Shown here: positions 1 through 10,081 of the stretch, in pieces
Numbering within the stretch: position 1 is the first letter of the stretch
Layout: each line of letters opens with the position of its first letter
The notes under the pieces: generated by a model
What the model saw: the letters and a program-made list of their open reading frames with translations, nothing else
What the model was told of the DNA's origin: nothing
Database searches by the model: none
Assembly: GCA_965216875.1 (NCBI GenBank)
Contig: OZ244207.1
Span: forward strand, 2,176,001-2,240,000
Direction: 5' to 3'
Origin: Rubripirellula sp.
Lineage (GTDB): Bacteria > Planctomycetota > Planctomycetia > Pirellulales > Pirellulaceae
DNA length: 64,000 bases
Program-made: the position numbers and the translations under genes

Positions 1-1851
1 CGTCGTCGCTTGGTACTTCAACGTTGGCGCGACCGGCGATGCTTTTGCTTGAGCCTCGGGCAACTCGCCGGTCACGAGTTCGTAGAGGGCAGTCACAGTG
101 TGACCAGCACCAATTTCACCGGCGTCTTTGGCGTCGTTGTCAAAATCTTCCGTAGCCAACATCCGGTTCTCGTAGCCAATCAAACGGTACGCTTTGACCT
201 CCGCGGGATTGAACTCAATCTGCAGCTTCACGTCCTTGGCGATCGTCACGAGACTGGACGACATTTGTTCGACCAACACCTTGCGAGCCTCTCGCATGCT
301 ATCGATGTAGGCGTAGACGCCGTTGCCGTTGTCAGCCAACTTCTCCATCTTGGAGTCTTTCAAGTTGCCCGTCCCAAAACCGAGCACGGTAAGAAAGACA
401 CCCGACTTCGCCTTGGATTCAATCAATTCAACCAACGCTTCGTCATCGGTGATCCCCACATTCAAATCGCCGTCGGTCGCAAGGATCACACGATTGACGC
501 CTCCTTTGATAAAGGTTTCGGTCGCCAATTCGTACGCTCGTTCGATCCCAGCACTCCCATGCGTCGAACCGCCGGAGTTCAGATCCTCGATCACCGTACC
601 AATCTTCCGTTTTTGATCGCCACTGGTCGGCAGCAACCGAACACCCGCGTCGCCAGCATAGGTGACGATCGAGATCCGATCATTCTCTTGCAAGTGCTCA
701 AGCATCATCATCAGGGAACGTTGCAGCAGCGGCAACTTGTCGGCGTCCGACATCGAGCCTGAGACATCAAGCAGGAAAACGAGGTTGCTTGCGGGTCGCT
801 CGGCGCGGTGGATTTCTTTTCCCTTTAGACCGATCCGCAACAGTTGGTTGGCATCGTTCCAGGGGCACTGCGCCAATTCCAGATGAACCGCAAAGGGCAC
901 GTCGCCTCGTGGTGTGGGATCGTCATAGCAAAAGTAGTTGATCCATTCTTCGGCGCGAATCGATTCGACGGGCGGAAGCATCCCCTGACGAAGGAACCGA
1001 CGCATGTTCGAATAGGAAGCTGTATCGACGTCGATCGAAAAGGTCGAGATCGCGTTCTCGCCGGTGGTCTCGGTGAATCCGTTTTCGGTGATCGAATCGT
1101 AGGATTCATCCCAAGTGGTAACGTAGTCATCCATCCAGGCGAAATTCTTGGTCACCTGCGCACCGTTGCTGTGATAGTACCGCCAGCCGCCATTGGTTCC
1201 ATAATCACGCGCGTTCGGCGCAGTGACGTGCCATGTCGTCGCAGGAATACCACGTCCGCTTTGCCGGAAAAGATAACTCTGCTGCTGCGCGACACTCTGT
1301 GCCGGCGCATTCTGTATAGCAACTGGCGCAGACTGCTGGGGGACTTGCGGCGTCATGAAGTCGTAGTCAACGACCGCGCCCCAGTTTTCGTTTACGTCAA
1401 CATCAACGACTCCGTCGCCGTCGCCGTCGTCCTCGAAGAAGACCTGAGTCTCAAGGCCGTTGCTAACAATCGGAGGCACCATCTTTTGGCCAACCGGCGA
1501 TTGGGCAACCGGCGTTGGATCTGTCTGATTGGCGTACCAACCAGCAATCAGTAGCAAGGTCGCAGCGACCGCAACGGCCGACGCGTAGACCAGTCGTTTC
1601 CGGCTCGTCGCGGGCGAGACAAACTCACTCCCCGACAACTCCTCCTCGATTTGGTCGCGAAGGGACGGATTCGAATCAGGAAGATCAGCCCCGATCTCTT
1701 GAATCGCATCCTCTTTTATCGCATTGGCGACCAACAGCAGCTCGCGCTCTTCGCTTGACGCCGATTCAAGGTCGTTGGTTCCGCTTAGCAGTTCGTAGAA
1801 ACGATCGGCATCGGCTTGCGTCTTTTCGGCTTGGTCTTCTGGTTGGTTCAT
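1..1851 (-). CDS. YfbK-like von Willebrand factor A (vWA) domain membrane protein, putative anti-sigma factor; C-terminus runs off the window start
   Basis: Not in the ORF track because no stop lies inside the window. Manual translation from ATG 1851 (ATGA overlap with the sigma stop) gives MNQPEDQAEK..., a TM helix (LVYASAVAVAATLLLIAGWY), then STFSIDVDTASYSNMRR, IRAEEWINYF, MIDAS LDVSGSM, ILATDGDLNVG and YRLIGYENR. Confidence 0.9.
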   Translation of the reverse strand, partial: MNQPEDQAEKTQADADRFYELLSGTNDLESASSEERELLLVANAIKEDAIQEIGADLPDSNPSLRDQIEEELSGSEFVSPATSRKRLVYASAVAVAATLLLIAGWYANQTDPTPVAQSPVGQKMVPPIVSNGLETQVFFEDDGDGDGVVDVDVNENWGAVVDYDFMTPQVPQQSAPVAIQNAPAQSVAQQQSYLFRQSGRGIPATTWHVTAPNARDYGTNGGWRYYHSNGAQVTKNFAWMDDYVTTWDESYDSITENGFTETTGENAISTFSIDVDTASYSNMRRFLRQGMLPPVESIRAEEWINYFCYDDPTPRGDVPFAVHLELAQCPWNDANQLLRIGLKGKEIHRAERPASNLVFLLDVSGSMSDADKLPLLQRSLMMMLEHLQENDRISIVTYAGDAGVRLLPTSGDQKRKIGTVIEDLNSGGSTHGSAGIERAYELATETFIKGGVNRVILATDGDLNVGITDDEALVELIESKAKSGVFLTVLGFGTGNLKDSKMEKLADNGNGVYAYIDSMREARKVLVEQMSSSLVTIAKDVKLQIEFNPAEVKAYRLIGYENRMLATEDFDNDAKDAGEIGAGHTVTALYELVTGELPEAQAKASPVAPTLKYQATT

Positions 1852-2408
1852 CGTCGGTTTCCCGAAGGAGTGGTCAAACGCTCGTCCATCAGTCGCTGCA
1901 CGCTTGGGTGCTGGCGGATCTGTTTCAAGCCACGGTGCAGTGCGACGCGCACGGCGCCCTCACTGCGACCGGTGACTTCGGCAATCTCTTGATTGCTAAA
2001 ACTTTGTGACCAGAGTTCGGCCACTTCGCGTTCACCACGTGGCAGCTGGTCGATCAGTTTCCCGACCAAGCTGACGAGTTCACCTTGTTCCAACTTGCGT
2101 CCTGGATCACAAGAATGCCCATTCACATGATCGAGTCGCGTCTCCGTCTCCGACTCACGCAGTGGTTTGTGTCGTCTCCGTTCATCGATTGCTCGATTTC
2201 GGCAAACTTGAAACAACCAGGGCGCGAGCCGCTGAGAGACCGTTTGAAGATCTTGCTGACACAGCTTCATGAAGCTGTGCTGGACCACATCCCGCGCCAA
2301 TTCCATGTCACCATCGAGCAGGCGCAGGGCGTACCGCGTCAGCCGGCACTCGTATTGGTCGAGAGCCGCGAGGACGAATTCACGCTGGCGAGCCGAAGGG
2401 TCAGACAT
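1848..2408 (-). CDS. ECF-type RNA polymerase sigma-70 factor
   Basis: 186 aa with region 2 (ARDVVQHSFMKL, WLFQVCRNRAID) and region 4 (FSNQEIAEVTGRSEGAVRVALHRG). Confidence 0.93.
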   Translation of the reverse strand: MSDPSARQREFVLAALDQYECRLTRYALRLLDGDMELARDVVQHSFMKLCQQDLQTVSQRLAPWLFQVCRNRAIDERRRHKPLRESETETRLDHVNGHSCDPGRKLEQGELVSLVGKLIDQLPRGEREVAELWSQSFSNQEIAEVTGRSEGAVRVALHRGLKQIRQHPSVQRLMDERLTTPSGNRR

Positions 2409-2557
2409 GTAAATGCCGTGCGGGACAGTTTCTTGGTTTCCGTTGCTCGGTCAGAAGTAAATACGGACGAGTTGCTGGGGTGTTACGGAAAAGAGTCAGA
2501 AAAAGCCGAAAGCGGTATTGGGCGCCGTTGCGCTCGTCAGAGCGTACGTCATCATCC

Positions 2558-2634
2558 GTAGCTACGCTCGCCAGAGCGTGGGGCGATGGAGAGCGATCTG
2601 CCGCCACGAACCACCTTTCGGCGAAGGTAGCGAC
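2558..2634. repeat. REP/REPIN-like inverted repeat, family A (GTAGCTACGCTCGCCAGAGCGTGG...CCACCTTCTGGCGAAGGTAGCTAC)
   Basis: Inverted arms with GTAG ends. Further copies at 19778-19836, 26311-26371 and 52455-52529. Confidence 0.85.
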
Positions 2635-2646
2635 GAGGAAAAAAGC

Positions 2647-2820
2647 CTAGGAAACGCGGCCGCCATCGCAGCAGGTCTCGCAGATCGTATGGCATCGACT
2701 GCAAACAAGCTTGGTTCGCATCTCCTTGAGACTCCCGCCACACACGGGACAGGCTCCCAAGCCGGTCGAGCATTGCGAACCCTGAGGCTCGGTGGTCTCT
2801 TTCTTCGTGTCGTCTTTCAT
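2647..2820 (-). CDS. Small Cys-rich zinc-ribbon-like protein (57 aa)
   Basis: Manual translation MKDDTKKETTEPQGSQCSTGLGACPVCGGSLKEMRTKLVCSRCHTICETCCDGGRVS*. AGGAGGG Shine-Dalgarno at 2828-2834, 7 nt before the ATG. Below the ORF-track size cutoff. Confidence 0.8.
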   Translation of the reverse strand: MKDDTKKETTEPQGSQCSTGLGACPVCGGSLKEMRTKLVCSRCHTICETCCDGGRVS

Positions 2821-2916
2821 TAGGAATCCCTCCTGCGCATCAAACAGCCAACAAATCCTTCACATCGTACGCCACCGCGACGGCCGGTTGTACCAGGATT
2901 CACACCCGGTTTCGGC

Positions 2917-5900
2917 TCAGTTGCTGGCAACGTTCGAACGCACGTGCACATCAAGCTGTGGGAAAGCGATCTCGATGTCGGCTTCGGCAAACCGTTGATA
3001 GATCGCGGTATGGACTTGGTGAATCGTTTCCGTTCGCTCGTCCATGTTTTCGAGATACGCACGAACAACAAAATTCAACGTACTGTCGCCAAACTGTTCA
3101 AAGGTGATCAGTGGCCGCGGGTCATCCAAGACGTTCGGGTCGTCGGCAAGCAGATCACGCAAGATTTCGCGAGCCTTTTCGGTATCGCTCCCGTAGGCAA
3201 CGCCAACATTGACCGTGATTCGATTCATGTCGTCCGAAAGCGTCCAGTTGGTGATGCGACCGGTGATCAGTTCTTTGTTCGGAATCACCACTTCTTGCCG
3301 ATCCCAATTGCGAACGGTTGTCGCCCGCGTCCGGATTCGAATCACAACCCCGGTTGTGTCCCCGAGACTGACAATGTCTCCGACACGGATTGGACGTTCA
3401 AACAGCAACAGCACGCCGCAGATAAAGTTCGCCACAATTTCTTGCAGGCCAAAACCAAGTCCCACGCCCATCGCGGCCACCAAGAATTGAACCTGATCCC
3501 AGCCAATGCGAACCGCAGCACAGGATGACACGACACCGGCGATCCCAATCAAGTACTGCGAAATCGTCGTGACGGCATAACGAATTGACGATTCGACGCC
3601 GAGTCGACCGAGCAACAGAACGTCTACCAAACCTGGCAAGTTTCGCCACGCGATCACGGTCAACGTGATCAGCAGAATCGATGTCGCAAGTGCGCCGATC
3701 GTGATCGGTTGCTTGATCCCGTCCTCTTGAAAGAAGGGATTGATCGGCTGCTTCGCGAGCGGTTCCAGTGCCGGATACAACTCGGCGCCAATGATCGCCA
3801 TCCCGTACGCCGCTGCGATGCAAACCAGGAACGTGATCAAGCGCCGCGTTTGGCGATCCATCGCGACCAAGTCGGTCTCGCCTTCTTTGGCCAAGATCGC
3901 ATCGAAGTCACTCGCTGCTGATTCTTCACTTGTCCCTGCCGACCGACGTGATTCAATCAACTGAGCCCAGCGGATCTTGCGCCGCTGAATACGAACCGCC
4001 CGAAAAAGCACCGCTTGCACCACAATCAAACTGACGATCAACCAAAACGAATAGAGCAAGTCGAGCGTCAATTCGTACGCTGTGTACTGGTACCCAATCG
4101 CCGCGAAGACGGCCAACGCGAAAGGCGCGAGGACGGAGACCCATTGCAGCTTCCGCCGGTGCCGGTGCCAGAAAGTCGGTTGGTCACCGTCCGATTCGAC
4201 GATGCCACGATAAAGTCGCACCAAAGTCCAAGAGACAAGTAGAAGCAGCCCGATCAAACTGATCCGGCCGAGCGAATCACGATATTCAAGCGTTCCATGA
4301 TGCAAAAAGACGCTCGCGAAGAAGAGCAGCGGTGCGCCCGCAATCACTAAACCCAACAGACACGACTTGAGGGGCGCGCTCTGCAGGCGAGACCAGCCGA
4401 AATGACAGACCGCGAGCCCTTTGTATCGCCAAACTTGGCGTAGAAAATCAAGCGTCAACCACCACCAAAAGACGACATAGCCCGCTTCCGAAAAGCCTTG
4501 CAGTTGTTCCACCTCAGAATCGGCGATGGCCCAAGCAACAAAAAGGATCGGCAGCGGCCAAGCGAGCGACAGGACCGCGCTCAAAAAGATCGCCCGCATC
4601 GTGGGGGATAACTGGCGACAGGAAACACGCGCCGCTTCGTCGCCCATCTGCTCGAGCTTTCGTTTCAGTCTCGATCGCAGGACGAAAATCAACACCACCA
4701 GCGTTAGTACCGAAATCGAAAACAGCGGTCGATTTCGGACATTGCGGCGCAACTGGTAAGTCGCCGAGCTTAACGTCTCGCGATTGAACAACCATGCAAC
4801 CGCATTGCGTGAATCGGCAAGATCACTTGGCCCGAGCGGCCGGGCACTTTTGAGCCAAAACAGACGCCCATCGATGTGCGCACGATAGTCACTAACAATC
4901 TCGATCAAGCGTTCTTTGTCGTCTCGAACACCAACACGCAGCCCGTAGTTCCGCTTCATGTCTTTCAGCAGGCTGTCCAGGATCCGCGTTTCCAGGGTCA
5001 ACAGGCTCGCAAGCTCGGTTTCCAGTGGCTCGGGAAGCGGATCGGGGAACTCACCCAATTGCTGCAGCGTTGTGCTGGCGGCCAACTTCGGATCCGAAAG
5101 CAGTGCGCGTCGATCTTCGAGTTCGTACAAACGCTCGCGATAGACATCCAGTTCGCCGTTGAGGCTACGCACGTTCGTGGCAAGGGTTGCTGCCGAAGGA
5201 AGCTCCGTCCGTTTACGCACGAGCGTCAGGCCGAATGACTCGGAGGCATCTTCGGAGCGTTTCTTGGTGCGCTCGAAATCCTCTTGCCATCGCACGAGCT
5301 CTCGGCTCGCTTCCTCGCGTGCCCGCGCGGCGCGCAGCATCGCTTCGGCGATTTTCTTTCGCAGAGCGGTCAATCCAACGATGGTTTTTGCGAGTGGCTT
5401 GAACTCATCGGGGGCTGCTTTCATCGCAGCGTTGGCGTCGTTCTGTTGCTGTGTTGCGTCGCTACGGCGAGCGTCGGTGACCTCTTCGAAAAGCGTCAGG
5501 TAATCGGACTCAGTCTGCGCGATTTGAGCCTTCAATTGGTCAATGCGAAGTCGGGGCAGTTCGCCTTGAGCGTCATAGGCGGCTTGCTCGTTCTGCAAGC
5601 TTTGGATCAGCGCAACGAGCTGTTGCTTCTGCGCTTGGAGCGACGTTCGCTGTGCGACCGTGACGGCGTCATCGTCAGCAGTTGCCGCTGCGCGAAACAG
5701 CTCGTTCACCGAATCGAGATCGTTCTGTGCCTTTGCGATTTCACCAGGGATGCGATCGATCCGCTGGACCCGTCGTTGCGGTTCGGCTTGCGCCTGCTCA
5801 AGATCCTGTTTGAGTCCGTTGAGTTGGTTCTCGAGGTCAGACAACTCCTTGGTCAATTCGCCAAGCTTGAGGAATTCGGCCCGCGAGATCTCATAGACCT

Positions 5901-6321
5901 TGGGCTTCTCTTTGCCTTGAACGATCGTTTCGGTGTCTTGCTCGGCGTTGGCAATCCAACTCTTGTACTTGGCCGACTCCTTAGCGCTCGTGCTGGCTTG
6001 TTCGAGCGCTGATTTGGCCTTGGTGTAAGCCTCCTTGACCTGTGCCTTGGTGGCGTCGTCAAGTTCGGTCGCGTCGACCTCTTTCAGGCGAGCGAGCACA
6101 TCCTCGAGGGAAACCGTCGGTTTGTCCTCGACTTGACTCGACCGCTCCGATTCTTGCGGCTGCGCTGTAGCGACCGCGCAGCAGGCAGAGAGACAAAGCC
6201 AGATTCCCAGGGCAGCGACGCGGGGCGAAAAAGACCAACGACAACGCGTTTGCGCAGAGGTGGCGCGCGATGATGACGGTCCAGTGTCCAATACAACGAC
6301 TCCGATTCGTGATTTGCCCAA
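2917..6321 (-). CDS. mscK: MscK/KefA-like large MscS-family mechanosensitive channel
   Basis: Signal-like N-terminus, long coiled-coil, multiple TM helices, MscS core GLGFGLQEIVANFICGVLLLFERPIRVGD and C-terminal IEIAFPQLDVH. Exact start uncertain. Confidence 0.88.
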   Translation of the reverse strand: MGKSRIGVVVLDTGPSSSRATSAQTRCRWSFSPRVAALGIWLCLSACCAVATAQPQESERSSQVEDKPTVSLEDVLARLKEVDATELDDATKAQVKEAYTKAKSALEQASTSAKESAKYKSWIANAEQDTETIVQGKEKPKVYEISRAEFLKLGELTKELSDLENQLNGLKQDLEQAQAEPQRRVQRIDRIPGEIAKAQNDLDSVNELFRAAATADDDAVTVAQRTSLQAQKQQLVALIQSLQNEQAAYDAQGELPRLRIDQLKAQIAQTESDYLTLFEEVTDARRSDATQQQNDANAAMKAAPDEFKPLAKTIVGLTALRKKIAEAMLRAARAREEASRELVRWQEDFERTKKRSEDASESFGLTLVRKRTELPSAATLATNVRSLNGELDVYRERLYELEDRRALLSDPKLAASTTLQQLGEFPDPLPEPLETELASLLTLETRILDSLLKDMKRNYGLRVGVRDDKERLIEIVSDYRAHIDGRLFWLKSARPLGPSDLADSRNAVAWLFNRETLSSATYQLRRNVRNRPLFSISVLTLVVLIFVLRSRLKRKLEQMGDEAARVSCRQLSPTMRAIFLSAVLSLAWPLPILFVAWAIADSEVEQLQGFSEAGYVVFWWWLTLDFLRQVWRYKGLAVCHFGWSRLQSAPLKSCLLGLVIAGAPLLFFASVFLHHGTLEYRDSLGRISLIGLLLLVSWTLVRLYRGIVESDGDQPTFWHRHRRKLQWVSVLAPFALAVFAAIGYQYTAYELTLDLLYSFWLIVSLIVVQAVLFRAVRIQRRKIRWAQLIESRRSAGTSEESAASDFDAILAKEGETDLVAMDRQTRRLITFLVCIAAAYGMAIIGAELYPALEPLAKQPINPFFQEDGIKQPITIGALATSILLITLTVIAWRNLPGLVDVLLLGRLGVESSIRYAVTTISQYLIGIAGVVSSCAAVRIGWDQVQFLVAAMGVGLGFGLQEIVANFICGVLLLFERPIRVGDIVSLGDTTGVVIRIRTRATTVRNWDRQEVVIPNKELITGRITNWTLSDDMNRITVNVGVAYGSDTEKAREILRDLLADDPNVLDDPRPLITFEQFGDSTLNFVVRAYLENMDERTETIHQVHTAIYQRFAEADIEIAFPQLDVHVRSNVASN

Positions 6322-6408
6322 AAGGCTTACGCAATGACAGCTAGGTGGCGCAGTGCGGCCAGTCTAGCGATTCATCGCAAATCTGCGAATGGAGGTGCGA
6401 TTCTGAGG

Positions 6409-6505
6409 GTTCGTAGTACCGAGCTTTAGCCGGAATCTTCAGTCTCTTCCGCCTAAAGGCGGTACTACGAACAAGTCTCTTCCGCCTAAAGGGGGTACCA
6501 CGAAC
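6409..6505. repeat. REP-like family C (GTTCGTAGTACCGCCTTYAGGCGGAA), three arms
   Basis: Inverted pair plus a tandem third arm. Related copies at 9926-9981 (degenerate), 61328-61353 and 63227-63252. Confidence 0.8.
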
Positions 6506-6555
6506 CGGTACTTCGTCCCAAAGGGCGGAGACACGGTCTTCGCTGCCAGCGTCAA

Positions 6556-7890
6556 CTACGTGAGTTTCGTCTTACCCGGAACCGCGTGGCCCGAGTCGGG
6601 ACGGGCCGCCTTAACGTCGAATTCAGCAGGCCAAAGGTCCAGCTTCGACTCGTTGGTGGCAAAGTCCCAGGTGACCCGCTTTCCGGTGTAGGCGGCCATC
6701 CGGCCAAGCACCGCCGTCATCGAACTCTCTGCGGTCGCTTTGAGCTCGACGATCGGTTCGCCATTTCGAATCGAGGCGACTAAGTCCACATGTTCCTGTT
6801 CATAGGCCGCGCCGATATTGCCTTTCATCGACCAGGTTTCTGCACCCGATTTGCCGACGATCGAAGCGCCGCGGTTGGACCCATAAATCGTGCACGTTCC
6901 CTCGCTCCCGTAAACGACGTTGGAAACATCGCCTTGAGTTCCCGGGATCTGACGACACATGAACGAAACCGATCGATTGCCGGGATAGAGGTAGTCAACC
7001 GAAACGTTGTCCCACATTTCACTATCGTCTGGACGAGTGAAACGGCCACCGGAACCAAACGCTGACTCAGGTGGTCCGCCCATGATCCAGTTGATCGTGT
7101 CGATGTTGTGAACGGCTTGTTCGGCGATCTGGTCCCCCGAAAGCCAAACGAAGTGCATCCAGTTATGGATCTGGTACTCCGTGTCACTCATACCATCGCG
7201 ACGTGTCCGGTACCAAATTCCGGTCGAACAATAGCGAGCGGTCGCGCCGATGATGTCGCCAATCGCGCCATCATGGATCAAGCGAATCGCTTCCATGTAG
7301 TTGGTCTGACGCCGGTATTGAGTGCCGGTCACGATCGCGGTTTTGTTTGCGATCGCCTTGTCGTGAGCTTCCAAGCAGATTCGATAGCCTGCCGGATCAA
7401 CACAGGTCGGCTTCTCGGCAAACACATGCTTGCCCGCTTCGACGGCATCCAATACATAGCGTGGTCGAAATCCAGGCGGTGTCGCAAAGAGGACGAGGTC
7501 CACATCCGAATCATCGAGGATGCGTTTGTAGGCATCGATGCCACTGTGCATTTTGTTGTCGGGTACGTCAACTTTGTCTTCGTAGCCTTTCTTGAGTCGC
7601 TGTCGTAGCGAACCTAGTTTGCCTTCGTCGATGTCGGCCAACGCAACCAACTTCACATACTCGTTTGCGGTGAGTGTGTTGTTGAGCGCTCCGCCCCCAC
7701 GGCCACCGCAGCCCACCAAGGCGATTCGAACGAGATCGCGAGAGTCGTCTTGAGGTTCTGCGCCTCGTACAGCGCCTGTCAGCGCCGACGTCGTCGCCAA
7801 TCCAGCGGTTGCAGCAGAACTTGTCTGAATGAAGCGGCGTCGCGTTTGCGAAGGCGCGTGGGTGTCCGCATCGTGAGATCTGGGTTTCAT
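6556..7890 (-). CDS. Tat-exported Gfo/Idh/MocA-family oxidoreductase
   Basis: TRRRFIQ Tat motif, IALVGCGGRG Rossmann motif, HVFAEKP, EQAVHNID. Start moved to ATG 7890. Confidence 0.9.
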   Translation of the reverse strand: MKPRSHDADTHAPSQTRRRFIQTSSAATAGLATTSALTGAVRGAEPQDDSRDLVRIALVGCGGRGGGALNNTLTANEYVKLVALADIDEGKLGSLRQRLKKGYEDKVDVPDNKMHSGIDAYKRILDDSDVDLVLFATPPGFRPRYVLDAVEAGKHVFAEKPTCVDPAGYRICLEAHDKAIANKTAIVTGTQYRRQTNYMEAIRLIHDGAIGDIIGATARYCSTGIWYRTRRDGMSDTEYQIHNWMHFVWLSGDQIAEQAVHNIDTINWIMGGPPESAFGSGGRFTRPDDSEMWDNVSVDYLYPGNRSVSFMCRQIPGTQGDVSNVVYGSEGTCTIYGSNRGASIVGKSGAETWSMKGNIGAAYEQEHVDLVASIRNGEPIVELKATAESSMTAVLGRMAAYTGKRVTWDFATNESKLDLWPAEFDVKAARPDSGHAVPGKTKLT

Positions 7891-8084
7891 AAGTGAACCT
7901 GAGTGGTCGCATGGGTGCGCAGCCAAGTCGACGAGAGCTGCTACACGGGGAGGGGGAAACAGGCAGGCGTTCGTGCTGACCACGAACGGGCTAAACATAT
8001 TAGCTGCTTCGACCGCGCCGTGGGCAACAAGTCGCAATCTTGGTGCCACCAGAGCAACTTCTCGCGCAGTTTGGACACTGCCCG

Positions 8085-8175
8085 TGAGCCGCTGGCCGTC
8101 AGGCCTCGGGCCCTTGCTGACGCGCGGCGAGTGTGATGGCGATTAAGGCCCGGCCGCTTACGCGATCGCGGCTCA
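8085..8175. repeat. Long imperfect inverted repeat (TGAGCCGC...GGGCCCTT / AAGGCCCGG...GCGGCTCA), REPIN-like
   Basis: Self-complementary arms in the intergenic region. Single copy in this window. Confidence 0.55.
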
Positions 8176-8246
8176 GTTGGCTGAACTTGAGCAAGGATTC
8201 CTGATGCAGGAAGCGCATTTGCAATCCATCGCAATCGCGTGCTTTG

Positions 8247-8302
8247 CAATCACCCTCCCGCTTGCGGGAGGGTCGGACGCAAAGTCCGGGAAGGGAATGA
8301 TT
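8247..8302. repeat. Partial copy of the ~130-bp family D element (CAATCACCCTCCCGCTTGCGGGAGGGTCGGACGCAAAGTCCGGG)
   Basis: Near-identical to 63333-63385 and to the reverse complement of parts of 40047-40296. Confidence 0.85.
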
Positions 8303-8549
8303 TCCGTAAAGCGAGCTAGAGCACAGATGACGGCCGCCTTCAGTGGAAGCTTGGGAAGAACCGGCAAGATGGCGAGCCGGACCATGTTTCACTACCGCTT
8401 TGCCTAACAAAATCCTTTGTGAATCGTTGAGAGGGAGACGGAAATTTCGGCGCCAAAAAGGCTCTAAAAATCTGCCCCGTTTCCTAGACATCGCGTCTGT
8501 GCACTGTGTTACGATGACCTCGTACACCAACCCCCCATGGAGGTATCCA

Positions 8550-9893
8550 ATGCGATCGATCCTGTGTGTTGTGGCTTTTGTCTCTTCTGCAACCTTCTTT
8601 GCAGCGTCCACCGTCGACGCATCGTCACCCAAGAGCATTGACGAGCTTTCGACGCATCATCAATCGGCTGTCATCGAAATCGATGATGACAGCGACATGA
8701 AGATCAACGCCTTTTGCCTCGATGCAAAAGGGCACATTGTTGCCGCGGTTGGCAATGGTCCTGGCGGAGTACGAGTGGTTGACGATTCCGGCAAAGTATT
8801 GGCGACTTGGGATTTGGATATCAAACCCGAATCGATCAATGTGACCGACTCGGGCGACATTCTGGTCGGTGGCGAGGGAAAACTTTATCGCTTCAGCGAC
8901 AAAGGCGCACTTTTGCAAGAAGCGACGTCACCCCATGCGGAACGTTTGAAGAACAGCAAGGAAGCGCTTCGCAAAATGGCGATTCAAAACCTTGAACGTC
9001 GCCGTCATCCCTACCGGTCTCAGATTCAATCCTACGAATCGATCATCGCGCAACTCGAGGAACGAGCCAAAACCACCGAGTTGAACGCAAACGAAAAACA
9101 AACGCTCGAAATCTTGCCGAATACGCTCGAGCGAATCAAAGAGATGCAGAAAGCGCGTAAGGCAGCCGCTGGCGGCGACGAAGAAGAGGACGAAGAAAAA
9201 GGGCCGAGCGAACAAGAGATTGAATCGCAAATCGCGAGCCTGATGAAATCCAAAATGCGCATCTCGTCGATCAGCAGTAGTGGCGATAAGGTCTTCGTCA
9301 CAACGCGTGGCGTCGAAGGCTATGGCTATGACGTCTGGAAAACGGACACGAAATTCACAAGTTCGGAAGTGATCATCACGGGTCTCCGTGGATGCTGTGG
9401 ACAAATGGACGTTCAATGCTGCGAACAAGGCATTTTCGTCGCCGAGAATTCAGCGGATCGCGTGGTTCACTACGACTTTGACGGAAAGGAAATCATTCAT
9501 TGGGGAAAATCGGACCGCACGGGGATCGATGGCTTCGCGAGTTGTTGCAACCCAATGAACGTTTGCTTTGACCAGAAAGGCTATGTCTACACCGCCGAAG
9601 CAAGTGTCGGTCGAATCAAGCAATTTGATTCCGAGGGCAAGTTGATCGCCTACATCGGCGACGTCGATCTTGTCCCTGGATGCAAGAACGTGTCGATCGC
9701 GGTTTCGCCCGTTTCGGACAGCATCTACATGCTCGACCTGACACGAAACCACATCAAAATGATGAAACCCAAACCGCCCGAAGCCGAAGGCGATGATGAA
9801 GCTCCCGCTGAAGCCGCACCTGATGCGGCAGCGGAACAAGCTTCCATTACAAAGGCACTCCTGAGTCTGTTTACAAACGAACTCTCCAAGTAG
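8550..9893 (+). CDS. Secreted NHL-like beta-propeller protein with coiled-coil insert and vicinal-cysteine motifs
   Basis: GGAGG RBS before ATG 8550, signal peptide, NHL-like repeats (IFVAENSADRVVHYDFDG, VYTAEASVGRIKQFDSEG) and motifs GCCGQMD, QCC, SCCNPMNVC, PGCKN. Confidence 0.8.
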   Translation: MRSILCVVAFVSSATFFAASTVDASSPKSIDELSTHHQSAVIEIDDDSDMKINAFCLDAKGHIVAAVGNGPGGVRVVDDSGKVLATWDLDIKPESINVTDSGDILVGGEGKLYRFSDKGALLQEATSPHAERLKNSKEALRKMAIQNLERRRHPYRSQIQSYESIIAQLEERAKTTELNANEKQTLEILPNTLERIKEMQKARKAAAGGDEEEDEEKGPSEQEIESQIASLMKSKMRISSISSSGDKVFVTTRGVEGYGYDVWKTDTKFTSSEVIITGLRGCCGQMDVQCCEQGIFVAENSADRVVHYDFDGKEIIHWGKSDRTGIDGFASCCNPMNVCFDQKGYVYTAEASVGRIKQFDSEGKLIAYIGDVDLVPGCKNVSIAVSPVSDSIYMLDLTRNHIKMMKPKPPEAEGDDEAPAEAAPDAAAEQASITKALLSLFTNELSK

Positions 9894-10081
9894 TGCCTGC
9901 CCAGAGCTCTTGTGAGCAACCATCTGTGGTATCGCCTTTAGGCGGATGAGCAGATTCCGTCCAAAGGCTGGTGCTGCAAACGATCGCCCGCCCTCCCTGC
10001 AACGGAGGGCGTTGAAATGAGAATGCCACGACATGCGTTGTCGTTGTTGTGCCAAGCATGACCCAGCGGAGAAAAAGAACC

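Noticed and set aside
10..1554. Long + strand ORFs 10-762 and 844-1554
   Set aside because: Codon-register antisense shadows of the real minus-strand vWA gene.
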